A stretch of DNA of 32,000 bases from Parasynechococcus marenigrum WH 8102 (GCF_000195975.1 NC_005070.1:270001-302000), one strand, 5' to 3'; counted from the stretch's first letter, positions 17,407 to 28,058 are shown. The notes: a model not told the origin generated them from the sequence alone. Numbers and translations are program-made.

Positions 17407-17699
17407 TGACCGATATCGAGCTTGTTCAGCAGCTGGAGGAGCGCAGCCGACTGGATTCAGAACGAGTTGTTCGATTGACGGGGAATGTGGATGGTGAGCC
17501 GTTCGAACTGTTGATTTTTAGAGGCTTCAGCAGCAGCACGACCCATCCCACCGCCTTTGATCCCGATGCCTCGGTGTTGCCTCCTGAAACTCGGCTGGAG
17601 CAGGTGGAACTGCTCCAAGGACCGCTGAATCCAAGCAACGCTGTTGTGTTGGCAGGGCCAATGTCACCGGCTGATCTGCTGGTTCAGACCAACTGGTGA
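17406..17699 (+). CDS. Small conserved hypothetical soluble protein
   Basis: 97-aa ORF translationally coupled to the upstream membrane protein. No motif recognised. Its 3' end overlaps the ileS 3' end by 16 nt. Confidence 0.5.
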   Translation: MTDIELVQQLEERSRLDSERVVRLTGNVDGEPFELLIFRGFSSSTTHPTAFDPDASVLPPETRLEQVELLQGPLNPSNAVVLAGPMSPADLLVQTNW

Positions 17700-20608
17700 G
17701 TCCGGCGCTCCAGAACGCCGACGCAGCGACCGCAGATGTGGGCATGGTCTGGATGCTGCCCCACGTCTCCCTCGTAGTGCCAGCAGCGCTCACATTTGGT
17801 TCCCCGCGCTCGGCTCACCTCGATCAACGCGAGCTCGTCCTCGTGGTTGGAGAGCACTTCAGCCCAGGGCTCTCCCCCCAGCTGTAACTGGGACACCAGC
17901 AGCCAATCCCGCAGACCATCCACGTCAGGATCACCGTTGTCGTTGAGCCAGGACAGGGCCGCTTGCAGCTCGGGGCTACGAGCGTCGATGCGTACAGCTG
18001 CCTCCAGGGAGGCACCAAGCTCCTGCCGGCCGCGGCAATCCTCCAGCACTTTGTTGACCGCCGCCCGTAGATCGCGGAGTTGCTGCACGGGTGCAGAGAG
18101 CGTGTCGTTCCGCCAGTCGCTCGGAATTGTGGGCCAACCGCGCTGAAACACGGAAGTTTCCTGGACCGGGTAGGGGAGGTTCTGCCAGATGTCCTCGGCC
18201 ATATGGCACAGCACCGGAGCAATGAAACCTGCCAGCCGCTCAATGATTAAAGCCATCACGGTCTGACAGCTGCGTCGGCGCTGGTCAGTTGGGGCACTCA
18301 CATACAAGCGGTCTTTGGCGATGTCGAGGTAGAAGTTGGAGAGGTCGGTGACGCAGAAGTTCTGCAGCAGCTGGAAGAAGCGGAAAAACTCGTAGCTCTC
18401 GAAGGCTTCTGTGATCTCATGCATCACCTCGGCGGTGCGCTGCAGCATCCAGCGGTCCAGCAGCGGCAGGTCCGCCACCGCAATGGCATCGGAGGCGGGG
18501 TTGAAGTCGTGCAGATTGCCGAGCAGGTATCGGCTGGTGTTGCGCACTTTCCGGTAGACGTCCGCGAGCTGACGCAGGATTCCGGCGCCGATGGGCACAT
18601 CGGCGGAGTAGTCCACCGAGCTCACCCAGAGCCGCAGCACATCAGCGCCGTAGGGAGGCTCCTGCTTCTGGTTCTTGCCCCCCTCGATGATCACCATCGG
18701 ATCAACGACATTGCCGAGGGATTTGCTCATCTTTCGCCCCTTCTCGTCGAGGGCGAAACCATGGGTGAGCACGCGTTTGTAAGGGGCATGGCCGTTGACG
18801 GCCACGGAGGTGAGCAACGAGCTCTGGAACCAGCCGCGGTGCTGATCGGATCCCTCGAGGTAGAGGTCGGCGGGGTAGCTCAGCGACTCTCGCTGGCTTG
18901 ACACGGCAGCCCAGCTGGATCCTGAGTCAAACCACACGTCCATGGTGTCGGTGCCTTTGCGCCATTGATCGGCCTGGTTGGCGTAGGCGGGTGGCAGCAG
19001 ATCGGTTTCGTCTTTTTCCCACCACACGTCGGCACCGTGGGAGGCGATCAGCGTTTCGATATGGCTCAGGGTGTCGGCGTTGAGCAGCACCTCGCCGTTG
19101 CTGTGGTGATAAAAGACCGGGATCGGCACTCCCCAGGTGCGTTGGCGGGAGATGCACCAGTCCCCCCGCTCCTTCACCATTGCCTCGATCCGGTTGCGGC
19201 CTGATGCAGGGGTCCACTGCACCTGGTCGATGGCGTCGAGGGCGTCCTGGCGGAAGCCCTCCACCGACGCGAACCACTGTTCCGTGGCGCGGAAGATGGT
19301 GGGTTTCTTGGTGCGCCAGTCGTAGGGGTAGCGGTGGCTGTAGGCCTCCTGCTTGAGCAGTGCTCCGGCTTGCTCGAGGGCCTCGATGATCCCTGGATTG
19401 GCGTCCTTGAGCACGTTCAGGCCTGCGAAAGGACCTGCCTCTGCGGTGAGGGTGCCGGCTTCATCCACGGGGCACAGCACGGGCAGGCCGTGCTTCTGGC
19501 CGGTATGAAAGTCGTCGACGCCGTGCCCCGGGGCGGTGTGCACCAAGCCCGTGCCGGATTCGGTGGTGATGTACTCGCCGCCGATCACGACGGGGCTGGT
19601 GCGATCCAGCAGCGGGTGCCGATAGATGAGCCCAGCAAGCAGGGCACCTTTCACCGTGGCGCGGTGCTTGAGAGGACGCTCCAGGGTTGTGGAAAGCGAC
19701 TCGATCAGATCGGCTGCCACCACCAGCATCCGGCCGCTGCCATCGTCGACCAGGGCGTAGTCGAGCCGTTCGTTGACGGACACCGCCAGGTTGGCCGGCA
19801 AGGTCCAGGGGGTGGTGGTCCAGATCGCCACTTGAAGGGCCTGCCTAAGGGCGTCCGTCTCGGTGGGCAGTTCCAGGCCCTCCGCCTTGAGTGCATCCCG
19901 CAAGGGGGTAGGAACCTCCATCGCCGGAAACGCCACATAGACGCTGGGGCTGGTGTGGCCGTCAGGGTATTCCAGCTCGGCTTCGGCCAGGGCGGTGCGG
20001 GAACTGGGGCTCCAGTGCACGGGCTTCAGGCCCCTGTAGATGTGGCCCTTGAGCACCATCTCGCCGAACACCTTGATCTGGGCGGCTTCGTACTCCTTCT
20101 GCAGCGTGAGATAGGGCTGCTCCCAGTCGGCCCAGATGCCCCAGCGCTGGAAGCCCTTCATCTGGCCATCCACCTGCTTGCGGGCGTAAGCAGCGGCTTT
20201 CTTGCGCAGTTTGATCGGTGTCAGCGCTTTGCGCTGTTCCTGATCCATGGACTGCAGCACCTTGAGTTCGATCGGCAGGCCGTGGCAGTCCCAGCCGGGC
20301 ACGTAGCGCACCCTGCGGCCCTTGAGCACCTGATACTTATTGATCACATCCTTGAGCACCTTGTTGAGGGCATGCCCCATGTGCAGGGCCCCGTTGGCAT
20401 AGGGCGGTCCGTCGTGAAGGGTGAACGTGGGCCCGTCGTTCTGGAGCCCCAGCTGTCCATCGATGCCGTTGTCGCTCCAGAAGGCCTGCAGTTCCGGTTC
20501 GCGCTTCACCGCATTGGCGCGCATGCCGAAACCGGTCTGCAGCAGGTTGAGCGTGTCCTTGTAGGAGGGACGTCCCTCAGCGGCGGCGTCGCGCGTCTCC
20601 TTGCTCAC
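17684..20608 (-). CDS. ileS: Isoleucyl-tRNA synthetase
   Basis: [12 protein letters not shown] (HIGH), KMSKSLGN (KMSKS) and a C-terminal Zn-finger CERCWHY...CGRC. 974 aa. GTG start at 20608..20606. Confidence 0.97.
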   Translation of the reverse strand: MSKETRDAAAEGRPSYKDTLNLLQTGFGMRANAVKREPELQAFWSDNGIDGQLGLQNDGPTFTLHDGPPYANGALHMGHALNKVLKDVINKYQVLKGRRVRYVPGWDCHGLPIELKVLQSMDQEQRKALTPIKLRKKAAAYARKQVDGQMKGFQRWGIWADWEQPYLTLQKEYEAAQIKVFGEMVLKGHIYRGLKPVHWSPSSRTALAEAELEYPDGHTSPSVYVAFPAMEVPTPLRDALKAEGLELPTETDALRQALQVAIWTTTPWTLPANLAVSVNERLDYALVDDGSGRMLVVAADLIESLSTTLERPLKHRATVKGALLAGLIYRHPLLDRTSPVVIGGEYITTESGTGLVHTAPGHGVDDFHTGQKHGLPVLCPVDEAGTLTAEAGPFAGLNVLKDANPGIIEALEQAGALLKQEAYSHRYPYDWRTKKPTIFRATEQWFASVEGFRQDALDAIDQVQWTPASGRNRIEAMVKERGDWCISRQRTWGVPIPVFYHHSNGEVLLNADTLSHIETLIASHGADVWWEKDETDLLPPAYANQADQWRKGTDTMDVWFDSGSSWAAVSSQRESLSYPADLYLEGSDQHRGWFQSSLLTSVAVNGHAPYKRVLTHGFALDEKGRKMSKSLGNVVDPMVIIEGGKNQKQEPPYGADVLRLWVSSVDYSADVPIGAGILRQLADVYRKVRNTSRYLLGNLHDFNPASDAIAVADLPLLDRWMLQRTAEVMHEITEAFESYEFFRFFQLLQNFCVTDLSNFYLDIAKDRLYVSAPTDQRRRSCQTVMALIIERLAGFIAPVLCHMAEDIWQNLPYPVQETSVFQRGWPTIPSDWRNDTLSAPVQQLRDLRAAVNKVLEDCRGRQELGASLEAAVRIDARSPELQAALSWLNDNGDPDVDGLRDWLLVSQLQLGGEPWAEVLSNHEDELALIEVSRARGTKCERCWHYEGDVGQHPDHAHICGRCVGVLERRTHQLV

Positions 20609-20635
20609 AGGGTCCCTGGTCTGGCCTGGGGATTA

Positions 20636-21133
20636 TCAGTCTTCACCCTCGCTACTGGTGGGTTCAGGGCTGGGCTCGGGCATGGGAGACGGTTCCGCCT
20701 GCGTTGTGTCCACTGATTCGGGGCGCACCCACTTTTTGCCGGACACGCCTGATTTCCCTGCGGGCTTCAGTTGTTTGGCGATCCCGCCGAGGCCTTCCGA
20801 CAGACCTCCGGCGGCCGTGCCGAGCTGGCGTAGACCCGTCAGCCAGTGATCGACGGAACGCAGCCGGGCCTGTTCGTCTTCCCCGAGAGCGCGCCAGCGC
20901 GCCTGTCCCACTTCCGCACTGAGTCGACTGACTAGAAGGCCGCCACAGAGCACCGCCAACATCGGCGCTCCTCGCAATCGGTCGCTGCTGGTTACCAATA
21001 CCAAACCTAGCAGCAGAACAATGGCCCCCCACACGCCGTCTCGCGGTCGGCTCAGTTCCACCGCCAGCAGCGGCAGCAACAGCAGAGCGAGACCGAACAG
21101 CAGGCAGACGTCGCCACTCAGGGTCGCAAGCAT
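20636..21133 (-). CDS. Ycf66-like small membrane protein with a Pro/Glu/Ser-rich C-terminal tail
   Basis: Track ORF 20636..21616 trimmed to the ATG at 21133, because the longer form would run through tRNA-Leu. The two-to-three TM N-terminal region (LLFGLALLLLPLLAVELSRPRDGVWGAIVLLLGLVLV...RLRGAPMLAVLCGGLLV) resembles Ycf66 as I recall it. Confidence 0.5.
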   Translation of the reverse strand: MLATLSGDVCLLFGLALLLLPLLAVELSRPRDGVWGAIVLLLGLVLVTSSDRLRGAPMLAVLCGGLLVSRLSAEVGQARWRALGEDEQARLRSVDHWLTGLRQLGTAAGGLSEGLGGIAKQLKPAGKSGVSGKKWVRPESVDTTQAEPSPMPEPSPEPTSSEGED

Positions 21134-21188
21134 CAGTGGTGCTGAATCATCTGCTTCATTGTGGATCGCTCCGTAAGCTCGGGGTACA

Positions 21189-21270
21189 GCCCATCTGGCG
21201 GAATTGGTAGACGCGCTGGTTTTAGGTACCAGTGGCCTTGGTCGTGGGGGTTCAAGTCCCCCGGTGGGCA
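21189..21270 (+). tRNA. tRNA-Leu (anticodon UAG), class II with a long variable arm; CCA not encoded
   Basis: Acceptor GCCCATC/GGTGGGC (one G-U pair), D-arm GCGGAATTGGTAGACGC, anticodon stem-loop CTGGT-TTTAGGT-ACCAG, variable arm, T-arm GGGGG-TTCAAGT-CCCCC, discriminator A. Confidence 0.9.
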
Positions 21271-21322
21271 TTCCTTTCTCTACCTTGGTTGCGGACTGTT
21301 TCAGCTTCGCCCTGATCTCCGG

Positions 21323-22354
21323 ATGACCCAGAGCTCTGCTCTCCATCAGCAGCCTCGTCCGGTCAGCACGGGGTATCGATCTGTTCCACGCGAGTTCGTG
21401 GATCCACCCCCCGCGTGGAATCCCACCGTGGCTCTGTTCCTTGGCGGATATGGGCTGGCTGCCTTCACGATCTGGGGGTGGTTTCTGGGCGGTCTGCCGC
21501 TGCCGGTTCTGTTGTGCACAGGCTTCCTGGCCCTGCACCTGGAAGGAACCGTGATTCACGACGCCTGCCACAACGCAGCCCACCCCAACCGTTGGCTCAA
21601 TCAGGCCATGGGGCATGGCTCAGCGCTGTTGCTGGGCTTCAGCTTCCCAGTCTTCACCCGTGTGCACTTGGAACATCACGCCCATGTGAATGATCCCAAG
21701 AACGACCCTGATCACATCGTCAGCACCTTCGGGCCGCTGTGGTTGATCGCACCACGCTTTTTTTATCACGAGTGGTTTTTCTTCCAGCGGCGGCTCTGGA
21801 GGCGCTGGGAATTGATGCAGTGGGGATTGGAACGCAGTGTTTTTGTCGTGATTGTGCTGTCGGCAGCGCGATTTGAATTTCTGCCCTTCATTTTCAACTG
21901 CTGGTTCGCTCCAGCCCTGATGGTGGGTGTCACCCTGGGGCTCTTTTTTGATTACTTGCCCCACCGGCCCTTCACATCGCGAAATCGCTGGACCAATGCC
22001 CGGATCTACCCGGGACGTCTGATGAATTGGTTGATCATGGGGCAGAACTATCACCTGGTTCATCATCTCTGGCCATCAATTCCCTGGTTCGAATACAAGC
22101 CCGCCTACGAAGCCACAAAACCTCTGCTCGATTCCAAGGGTTCACCTCAGCGTCTTGGGATATTCGAGACTCGCCGCGATGGATACAACTTTCTCTACGA
22201 CATTCTTGTTGGCGTGCGCAGTCACAAACGCCGTCGAGGAAAAATGCGGCGAGCAGCACGTTTCATGCCAATGAGATCTTTCCAGCGTCACTGGTTGGGA
22301 TTCGTTGATCGTATTGCGATCAAAACCGAACCTCGCCGCCCTCTTAAGCGCTGA
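21323..22354 (+). CDS. crtR: Beta-carotene hydroxylase CrtR-type (membrane di-iron, fatty-acid-desaturase superfamily)
   Basis: Track ORF trimmed to the ATG at 21323, downstream of the tRNA. Three His boxes are present: HDACHNAAH, HLEHHAH(VNDPKNDPDH) and HLVHHLW. It has TM segments. The size (343 aa) and boxes fit cyanobacterial CrtR. Confidence 0.7.
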   Translation: MTQSSALHQQPRPVSTGYRSVPREFVDPPPAWNPTVALFLGGYGLAAFTIWGWFLGGLPLPVLLCTGFLALHLEGTVIHDACHNAAHPNRWLNQAMGHGSALLLGFSFPVFTRVHLEHHAHVNDPKNDPDHIVSTFGPLWLIAPRFFYHEWFFFQRRLWRRWELMQWGLERSVFVVIVLSAARFEFLPFIFNCWFAPALMVGVTLGLFFDYLPHRPFTSRNRWTNARIYPGRLMNWLIMGQNYHLVHHLWPSIPWFEYKPAYEATKPLLDSKGSPQRLGIFETRRDGYNFLYDILVGVRSHKRRRGKMRRAARFMPMRSFQRHWLGFVDRIAIKTEPRRPLKR

Positions 22355-22648
22355 TCAATCCGCCAGAATTTTCGGGACGCGGAAGAAATCCCCCTCCCGC
22401 TGGGGAGCTTGATTCAGGATGTCCTCTCGGACGGGAGTTGGGGTGACGCCATCCTCACGGGTCACGTTGGTGACCTCCACGGCGCGGGTGGTTTCAGGAA
22501 CGCCTTCGGTATCAATACTTTCCAGCTGACCGACGTACTCGAGGATTGACTCCAGCTGACCGGTGTAGGTGGCGATCTTCTCTTCAGGCAGATCAAGGCG
22601 GGCCAGCTTGGCCACTTTGCGTACGTCGTCAGCGGAGATCCGGCTCAT
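22355..22648 (-). CDS. gatC: Asp/Glu-tRNA(Asn/Gln) amidotransferase subunit C
   Basis: 97 aa, [50 protein letters not shown] is a classic GatC sequence. Confidence 0.9.
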   Translation of the reverse strand: MSRISADDVRKVAKLARLDLPEEKIATYTGQLESILEYVGQLESIDTEGVPETTRAVEVTNVTREDGVTPTPVREDILNQAPQREGDFFRVPKILAD

Positions 22649-23433
22649 GTCTCGCTCAGGAAACTGCGGAGATCTTCGCTCAGCGCGGTCGCCGCTGTCT
22701 CGAGCAGAGCGGCACCATGCTCAGCGGTGGCCAAAGATGGATGTGATCCCATTCGACCGTCCGGGTGCCGCCGTCTGAAGTCCTCGGGGCTGTGGATGGG
22801 CCCAGCAGGAGCTGGATCCGGCAGGGGCCGCTGCTTGGTTTGAAGGCTCGGCTCCACCTGCAGGGTCACAGCAATCTCGCTCGGGGTGGCGTGGTGGCCT
22901 TCCTTGTTGCCGTAGAGGTCGCGAGCCTGCCGCATCACCGGCCCGGCCATGAACCAGTTGGCCAGTCGGCAACGGAGCTGCGGTGCCACGGGCAGGTCTC
23001 GGCTGGCCGCCGTGCCATGGGCCTGAGCGAAGGCGGCCTTGGTGGTGGCGATGTTGCCGCCATGGCCATTGATCACAAACACCCGTTCAAAACCGTGGCG
23101 CGCCAACGACAGCACCAGGTCGTGCATCACCGCCAGCAGAGTGGCCGGTTGCAGGCTCATGGTGCCGGCGAAGCCGAGATGGTGTTCAGCCATGCCAAAG
23201 GCCTGAGCTGGAGTCACCAGCACCCCAGTGCGACGACCCACCTCCAGCGCCACGGCTTCCGCTGTGAGTGCATCGGTGCCGATGGCACCGGTGGGGCCAT
23301 GCTGTTCGGTGGATCCGAGGGGAACGATCACTCCTTTGCAGGTCTTGAGGTAATCGTCGACCTCGGGCCAGCTGCGCAGGGCCAGACGGATGGCTTCGGT
23401 GCTGTCGAGAGGGCCGCGGAGGCTTGCAGTCAT
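22645..23433 (-). CDS. Creatininase-family amidohydrolase
   Basis: Track ORF trimmed to the ATG at 23433 (262 aa). [18 protein letters not shown] and VINGHGGN motifs belong to the creatinine amidohydrolase fold. Its stop overlaps the gatC start (ATGA). Confidence 0.8.
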   Translation of the reverse strand: MTASLRGPLDSTEAIRLALRSWPEVDDYLKTCKGVIVPLGSTEQHGPTGAIGTDALTAEAVALEVGRRTGVLVTPAQAFGMAEHHLGFAGTMSLQPATLLAVMHDLVLSLARHGFERVFVINGHGGNIATTKAAFAQAHGTAASRDLPVAPQLRCRLANWFMAGPVMRQARDLYGNKEGHHATPSEIAVTLQVEPSLQTKQRPLPDPAPAGPIHSPEDFRRRHPDGRMGSHPSLATAEHGAALLETAATALSEDLRSFLSET

Positions 23434-23435
23434 GC

Positions 23436-23579
23436 TCAGTGGGCGGTGCCGTTGCCGTCGTATTTGTCGGTGTTGTAGTACCCGCCGCGGGTCCCGAAGA
23501 ACAGGCAGGCCAGAGGGAACAAAACGATGCTGCCCAGCAGCACCGTGCCGAGATTGAAACCTGAGAGGGCCGCGTTCAT
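23436..23579 (-). CDS. Candidate 47-aa single-pass membrane protein (unassigned)
   Basis: Not in the track. ATG 23579..23577 to TGA 23438..23436 gives MNAALSGFNLGTVLLGSIVLFPLACLFFGTRGGYYNTDKYDGNGTAH. Codons are GC3-rich. The stop lies 2 nt before the creatininase-family ATG. Confidence 0.45.
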   Translation of the reverse strand: MNAALSGFNLGTVLLGSIVLFPLACLFFGTRGGYYNTDKYDGNGTAH

Positions 23580-23632
23580 GACTCATCCACGAATGCATCC
23601 AGCTTGGCGAGACCGCCGTGCTGTTGCAGCGT

Positions 23633-24352
23633 TCAGCCTTGATCTGTCGCGTCCTCGCTGTCTTGCAACGGCAGGTCAAGCCAGCGACGCAGCCATCCCG
23701 TGAGCCAGATAAACGGCAAGGTGTCGGCAAGAGCCGCCAGCACCTTGAACAGATAACCGCTGCCGATGAAGGCGACCAGTTGTGGCATCACAGCCTTGTC
23801 TGCCTGGATTGGCAGCACGTGGGCGCCGTAGTGACTGATCAGCACCACAGCGCTGGTGTCCACCAACTGGCTGATCAGGGTGGAGCCGTTGTTGCGCAGC
23901 CACAGGGCATTGCCGTTGGTGAGGGTTTTCCAGAAATGGAACAGCCGCACATCAACAAACTGTGCTGTCAGATAAGCCACCATCGAGGCGCCCACTGAAC
24001 CAAAACTGAGCTGTTGGATGGTGCGGAAGGTGCTCTCGTCGCTGCCAGCCAGGGCCGGGAAGAGCCCCCCCAGCCAGAGGATCAGCAGCACCCAGCCGTT
24101 GAGCAGCAGCCCCACCCACACCACTTGATTGGCTTTTTGTTCCCCCCAGAGTTCGCTGATCAGATCGGTACACAAAAAGGTGATCGGATACGGAAGCGCA
24201 CCAACGGCCACAACAATCGGCCAACTGCCAATGCTGCCCAGCTGCAGAAAGCGCGTCAGGCCAAGGATGTTGAGCATCCCAAGCGTTCCCAGGAACAGGC
24301 CGGCCAGGACGAGGAACACGCCATCTCGCCGGCTTTGGACTGGGCTTGTCAC
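23633..24352 (-). CDS. yhhQ: YhhQ/Vut-family (DUF165) queuosine-precursor transporter
   Basis: 239-aa polytopic protein. [20 protein letters not shown] and [14 protein letters not shown] match YhhQ-family blocks as I recall them. GTG start at 24352. Confidence 0.75.
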   Translation of the reverse strand: MTSPVQSRRDGVFLVLAGLFLGTLGMLNILGLTRFLQLGSIGSWPIVVAVGALPYPITFLCTDLISELWGEQKANQVVWVGLLLNGWVLLILWLGGLFPALAGSDESTFRTIQQLSFGSVGASMVAYLTAQFVDVRLFHFWKTLTNGNALWLRNNGSTLISQLVDTSAVVLISHYGAHVLPIQADKAVMPQLVAFIGSGYLFKVLAALADTLPFIWLTGWLRRWLDLPLQDSEDATDQG

Positions 24353-24409
24353 AGCCTGAGTGCTCTGGATGTCTCAAGGCTGATCGAGTCGTGTCAACCT
24401 GTCATCAGG

Positions 24410-25018
24410 ATGGAACCAATTCCGGCACCTTTTTTTGCTCGACCAGCGGAGGTCGTGGGCCCTGAACTAATTGGTTGCCTTCTGGTGAAACGCCAAGAGG
24501 ACGGCAGCCTGCTTTGGGGCGTGATCGTTGAAACGGAGGCGTATTCCCAGGACGACCCCGCCTGTCATGGTTACCGGAGGCGGACGCCCCAAAATGAAAC
24601 CCTGTTCGGTGAGCCAGGGCGTTTTTATGTGTATGTGAGCTACGGCATCCACCAGTGCGTGAATGTGGTCACTGACCGATCTAACTGGGCGAATGGGGTG
24701 TTGCTCAGGGCTGCAGCTCTGCCTGGTGAGCCTGAGCGGGTTGCGGCAGGCCCTGGTTTGCTGGCCCGGCGCTTTGGGCTCACCCGCAGCAATGACAGTT
24801 GGCCGGTGACGGGCGAACATGACTTGTGGCTGGCGCCACGCCTGGCCTCGTTCGACAGCCCGGAGCTTGTGACGACCACGCGCATCGGTATCTCTCAGGG
24901 GCAGGACCTGCCACTGCGTTGGTATTTCCGTCTGAGCCGCAGCGTGAGTCGCCGAGCCAAGGGTGATCGCACTCCGAGCCTGTCGCAGGCTTGGTTCCCA
25001 TCGCCTGAGTTCGGCTGA
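24410..25018 (+). CDS. mpg: DNA-3-methyladenine glycosylase (Mpg/AAG family)
   Basis: Track ORF trimmed to the ATG at 24410 (202 aa). [67 protein letters not shown]. Confidence 0.85.
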
Positions 25019-26067
25019 TGAGCGGTTGGCACCATCGCCACATTCTCGATCTGGCGGCCTTCTCCAGGGAGGATTACGCCGCCGTGCTCGATCTGGCTGA
25101 GCGGTTTCGTTCCCTGCCTGTCACCGGTGCCCGCAAACTCCCGGCTTTGCAGGGCCGTTTGGTGGCGACCCTGTTCTTCGAGCCCAGCACCCGCACCCGC
25201 AGCAGCTTTGAGCTGGCCGCCAAGCGCCTCTCCGCTGATGTGCAGAGTTTTTCGCCCTCCAGCAGCTCTCTGAGTAAAGGGGAAAGCGTGCTGGATACTG
25301 CCCGCACCTATGTGGCGATGGGCGCGGATGTGTTGGTGGTCCGTCATCGTTCCACCGGGGTTCCCCAGCAATTGGCGGAGGATCTGGAGTCGGCAGGGGA
25401 GCGCACGGTGGTGCTGAACGGCGGTGATGGCCTGCACAGCCATCCCAGCCAGGGATTGCTGGATCTGCACACCCTGGCCCGTCACTTCGCACCGCAGCAT
25501 CCGATGCCGGAAGCCTTGCAGGGGCGACGGATCGTGATTGTCGGCGACATCCTGCACTCCCGGGTGGCCCGCTCCAATCTCTGGGCCCTCACCGCCTGCG
25601 GTGCTGATGTGGTGCTCTGCGGCCCGCCGAGTTTGGTGCCTGACGCCTTCCGTGCGTTCGTGGAGGCTCCGCCGCCAGGGCAGTCTGCGGATCCGGTTCC
25701 ACAGCGCGGATCGGTGCGGGTGGAGCGGCGTCTGGAGCGTGCCTTGCCCGGCGCGGATGCGGTGATGACGCTGCGTCTGCAGAAGGAACGGATGACACAG
25801 CAGCTGCTGACGGGGTTGGAGCGCTACCACCGCGATTTCGGGCTGAGCCATGAGCGGCTCAGCCTGTGCGGCCAGCCAGTGCCGGTGCTTCATCCCGGTC
25901 CGGTCAACCGTGGCGTTGAGATGACCGGAGCGCTGCTGGATGATCCGTCGATCTGTCTGGTGGAGGAGCAGGTGCGGAACGGTGTCCCGATCCGCATGGC
26001 CTTGCTTTACCTAATGGCTGCGGCTGAATCGGCTGCGGAATCGACCCTGGTATCAATCAGCTCCTGA
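25018..26067 (+). CDS. pyrB: Aspartate carbamoyltransferase catalytic subunit
   Basis: [27 protein letters not shown] and [10 protein letters not shown] motifs. The ATG shares one nt with the mpg stop (TGATG). Confidence 0.95.
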
Positions 26068-27524
26068 GGCTGGGGATGTCCCGTTATCTGGTGGGAGTCA
26101 TAATTCATGTCTGCCTTGATGGCGGCATCAGGCTCGGCGATCGACACGCCTTCGCCGGCTTTCATCGGGAAGTGCGCGTCCACGGCATCGAGGGCCATGT
26201 GTTGGCTGGGCATGCCAGTGAGCAGGATGGCCGCCCGTTGCTGGGTCAGTAAGGCGAAGATCCACTTGATTGACAGCGAAATGCGGTTCTCCCAATCAGG
26301 GATTAACACCAGGTGCACAAAGGCCCAGAGAATCCAGCCAATGCCATCGGCGAAGTGCAGTCCGCGCAGATCGGCGACAGCACTGGCGCGATCAAGCACG
26401 GCCATGCTGCCGAAATCGAAGTAACTGAATGTCGGCCTTGGCCTGTCAGCAACGATGGCGGCGATGTCTTTCCCGATGAAGGTCCCGGCCTGTTTGGCAG
26501 GGGCAGCCATGCCGGGGAGGGGTTTGCCGTTGGATGTGTGGCTGTAGCTGCTGAGATCACCGGCGACGCGGATCTCCGGATGATCAGCGATGGAAAAGTC
26601 GTGTTGAACGATCACGCGACCGCCGCGGTCGACCTCGCAACCTGTGGCTTCAGCCAGCTTCTTGCCGAGGCTTGACGCACGCACGCCGGCGGTCCAGATG
26701 ACGGTGGCTGCTTGAAGGCGGACGTCGCCATCGGGTGTTCCGACGATGACTTCACCCGGCCGCATGGTCTGCACACGACCCTTGGGCAGAAACTCGATGC
26801 CGTCCGCTTCCAGCGACTTCAGAGCTGCGGACGACAACATCTCTGGCATGGCTCGAAGCACCCGATCACCTGGATCGACCAGCACGATCTGGGTTTTGTT
26901 GGGATCGAGCTGTTTGAAGGCGTTGTTGAGGGCCCAGCGCATCAGCTCGGAGACAGCCCCGGCCATTTCACAGCCGCTGGGGCCAGCCCCCACGATCACC
27001 ACGGTCTGGAGAAACTGGCGAGCTTCCGGGTCTGGTGTCTGCTCCGCCTGTTCCATCGCCATCAACAGGCGTCGGCGGATCTCTTCCGCATGCTCAAGGA
27101 TCTTCATCGGAGGCGCAAAGGTTCGCCATTCGTCGTGGCCGAAGAAGGTGCTGCCGGATCCTGTGGCCAGGACCAGGTGGTCGTAGCTGTAGGCCTTGCC
27201 GTTGAAGACGATCTGCTTGCCTTCGGGGTAGACGTTGGTGACTTCCCCCAGCAGCACTTGAACGTTGTGTTGCTTGCCAACCAGCTCGCGCAGGGGCGTT
27301 GCGATGTCTCCACGGGACACCAGACCCGTGGAAACCTGACATAGCAACGGCTGAAACAGGTTGAAGTTGCGCTTATCAATCAGCGTGATGCGCACATCGG
27401 CATTGGCCAGAGCCTTGCAGGCATGCACTCCGGCAAAACCGCCGCCGACGATCACCACATGGGGGGCATGGTGAAGACATTCTTCGGGAGGTTCCAGTTC
27501 AAGGAAGAAATGGCTGCCTGCCAT
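26007..27524 (-). CDS. ndh: Type II NADH dehydrogenase (NDH-2)
   Basis: Two Rossmann motifs ([11 protein letters not shown]; [12 protein letters not shown]) and a C-terminal hydrophobic anchor ([15 protein letters not shown]). 505 aa with a polar tail of about 70 aa. Confidence 0.85.
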
Positions 27525-27597
27525 GGCAACGGGGAGAAGTCTTAGCCGAAGGGTATGGAGTGGATTCCGATTTGCCCGTGCTCAGCGCAGCGTCACA

Positions 27598-27972
27598 TCA
27601 CAGCAATTTGAACGCTTCAAGAAACAGCCCGTAAAGGAGGCCGATTCGGCTCACGGTTAGCACTTGCTGGAGAAGTGTTGATGGACCAACGATGCGGAGT
27701 CGCACGGTGGCTTCCGTGCCGAGAACAACAATCAAGGCTCCGACGGGATCCATTTGACCCAGAACTCCAGCGACGGAGGTGATGGCACTGCCAACCAAGA
27801 AACCAAAAAGGGCAGCGATGCAGAGAACCGACAGCCGTCTCCATGGATTACCAGCCCACGTTTCCAGCTGTTGAACGAGACCCCCGAAACTTCGTTGCAG
27901 ACGGGTCGACTGGGGTTGCACGATCGGTTGCCGTGGGAAAAGGGGCAGGGAAGAACTTCTGGTGATCCCCAT
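27598..27972 (-). CDS. Ycf20-like (DUF565-type) small membrane protein
   Basis: 124 aa. NPWRRLSVLCIAALFGFLVGSAITSVAGVLGQMDPVGALIVVLGTE resembles the DUF565/Ycf20 core as I recall it. ATG is at 27972; GTG at 27975 is an alternative. Confidence 0.5.
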   Translation of the reverse strand: MGITRSSSLPLFPRQPIVQPQSTRLQRSFGGLVQQLETWAGNPWRRLSVLCIAALFGFLVGSAITSVAGVLGQMDPVGALIVVLGTEATVRLRIVGPSTLLQQVLTVSRIGLLYGLFLEAFKLL

Positions 27973-28058
27973 CACCCAGCCAGAGCCCTGCCAGACATGG
28001 TCTACACCACATTCAGTGGTTGTGCATGTGTCAAGACCTACAGATAGCGGAATTCAAG

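Noticed and set aside
19334-20716. 460-aa plus-strand ORF, the largest unexplained ORF in the track
   Set aside because: It lies entirely antisense to ileS. The sequence is Gly/Ala/Arg/Val-rich and low in complexity, with no motifs. This is a typical stop-free antisense frame of a GC3-rich gene.
21134-21322. tRNA-Leu, and likewise tRNA-Ala at 28547..28619, as a possible genomic-island integration site
   Set aside because: Both tRNAs are flanked directly by conserved housekeeping or ycf-type genes. No integrase, no duplicated tRNA 3' fragment and no obvious compositional island adjoins them.
20636-22354. Long forms of track ORFs 20636..21616 (-) and 21161..22354 (+)
   Set aside because: Both N-terminal extensions read straight through the tRNA-Leu gene (21189..21270). 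They were trimmed to internal ATGs at 21133 and 21323, after which the recognisable protein sequence begins.
23436-23579. RiPP/mycofactocin-like precursor interpretation of the 47-aa ORF next to the creatininase-family gene
   Set aside because: It is not adopted as the main call. The window has no radical-SAM maturase, RRE protein or transporter, and the peptide starts with a TM helix. It is kept only as a caveat inside the corresponding finding.
24895-25893. 332-aa minus-strand ORF
   Set aside because: It is antisense to pyrB, whose identity is unambiguous. The composition is Arg/Gly/His/Gln-rich and artefact-like.
28031-28044. Near-NtcA box upstream of the ycf20-like gene (minus strand GTA-GGTCTTGA-CAC), next to a perfect TTGACA (28034..28029)
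   Set aside because: One half-site is mismatched (CAC instead of TAC). No TAN3T -10 lies at 20-23 nt, and no acceptable -10 lies 16-18 nt after the TTGACA.
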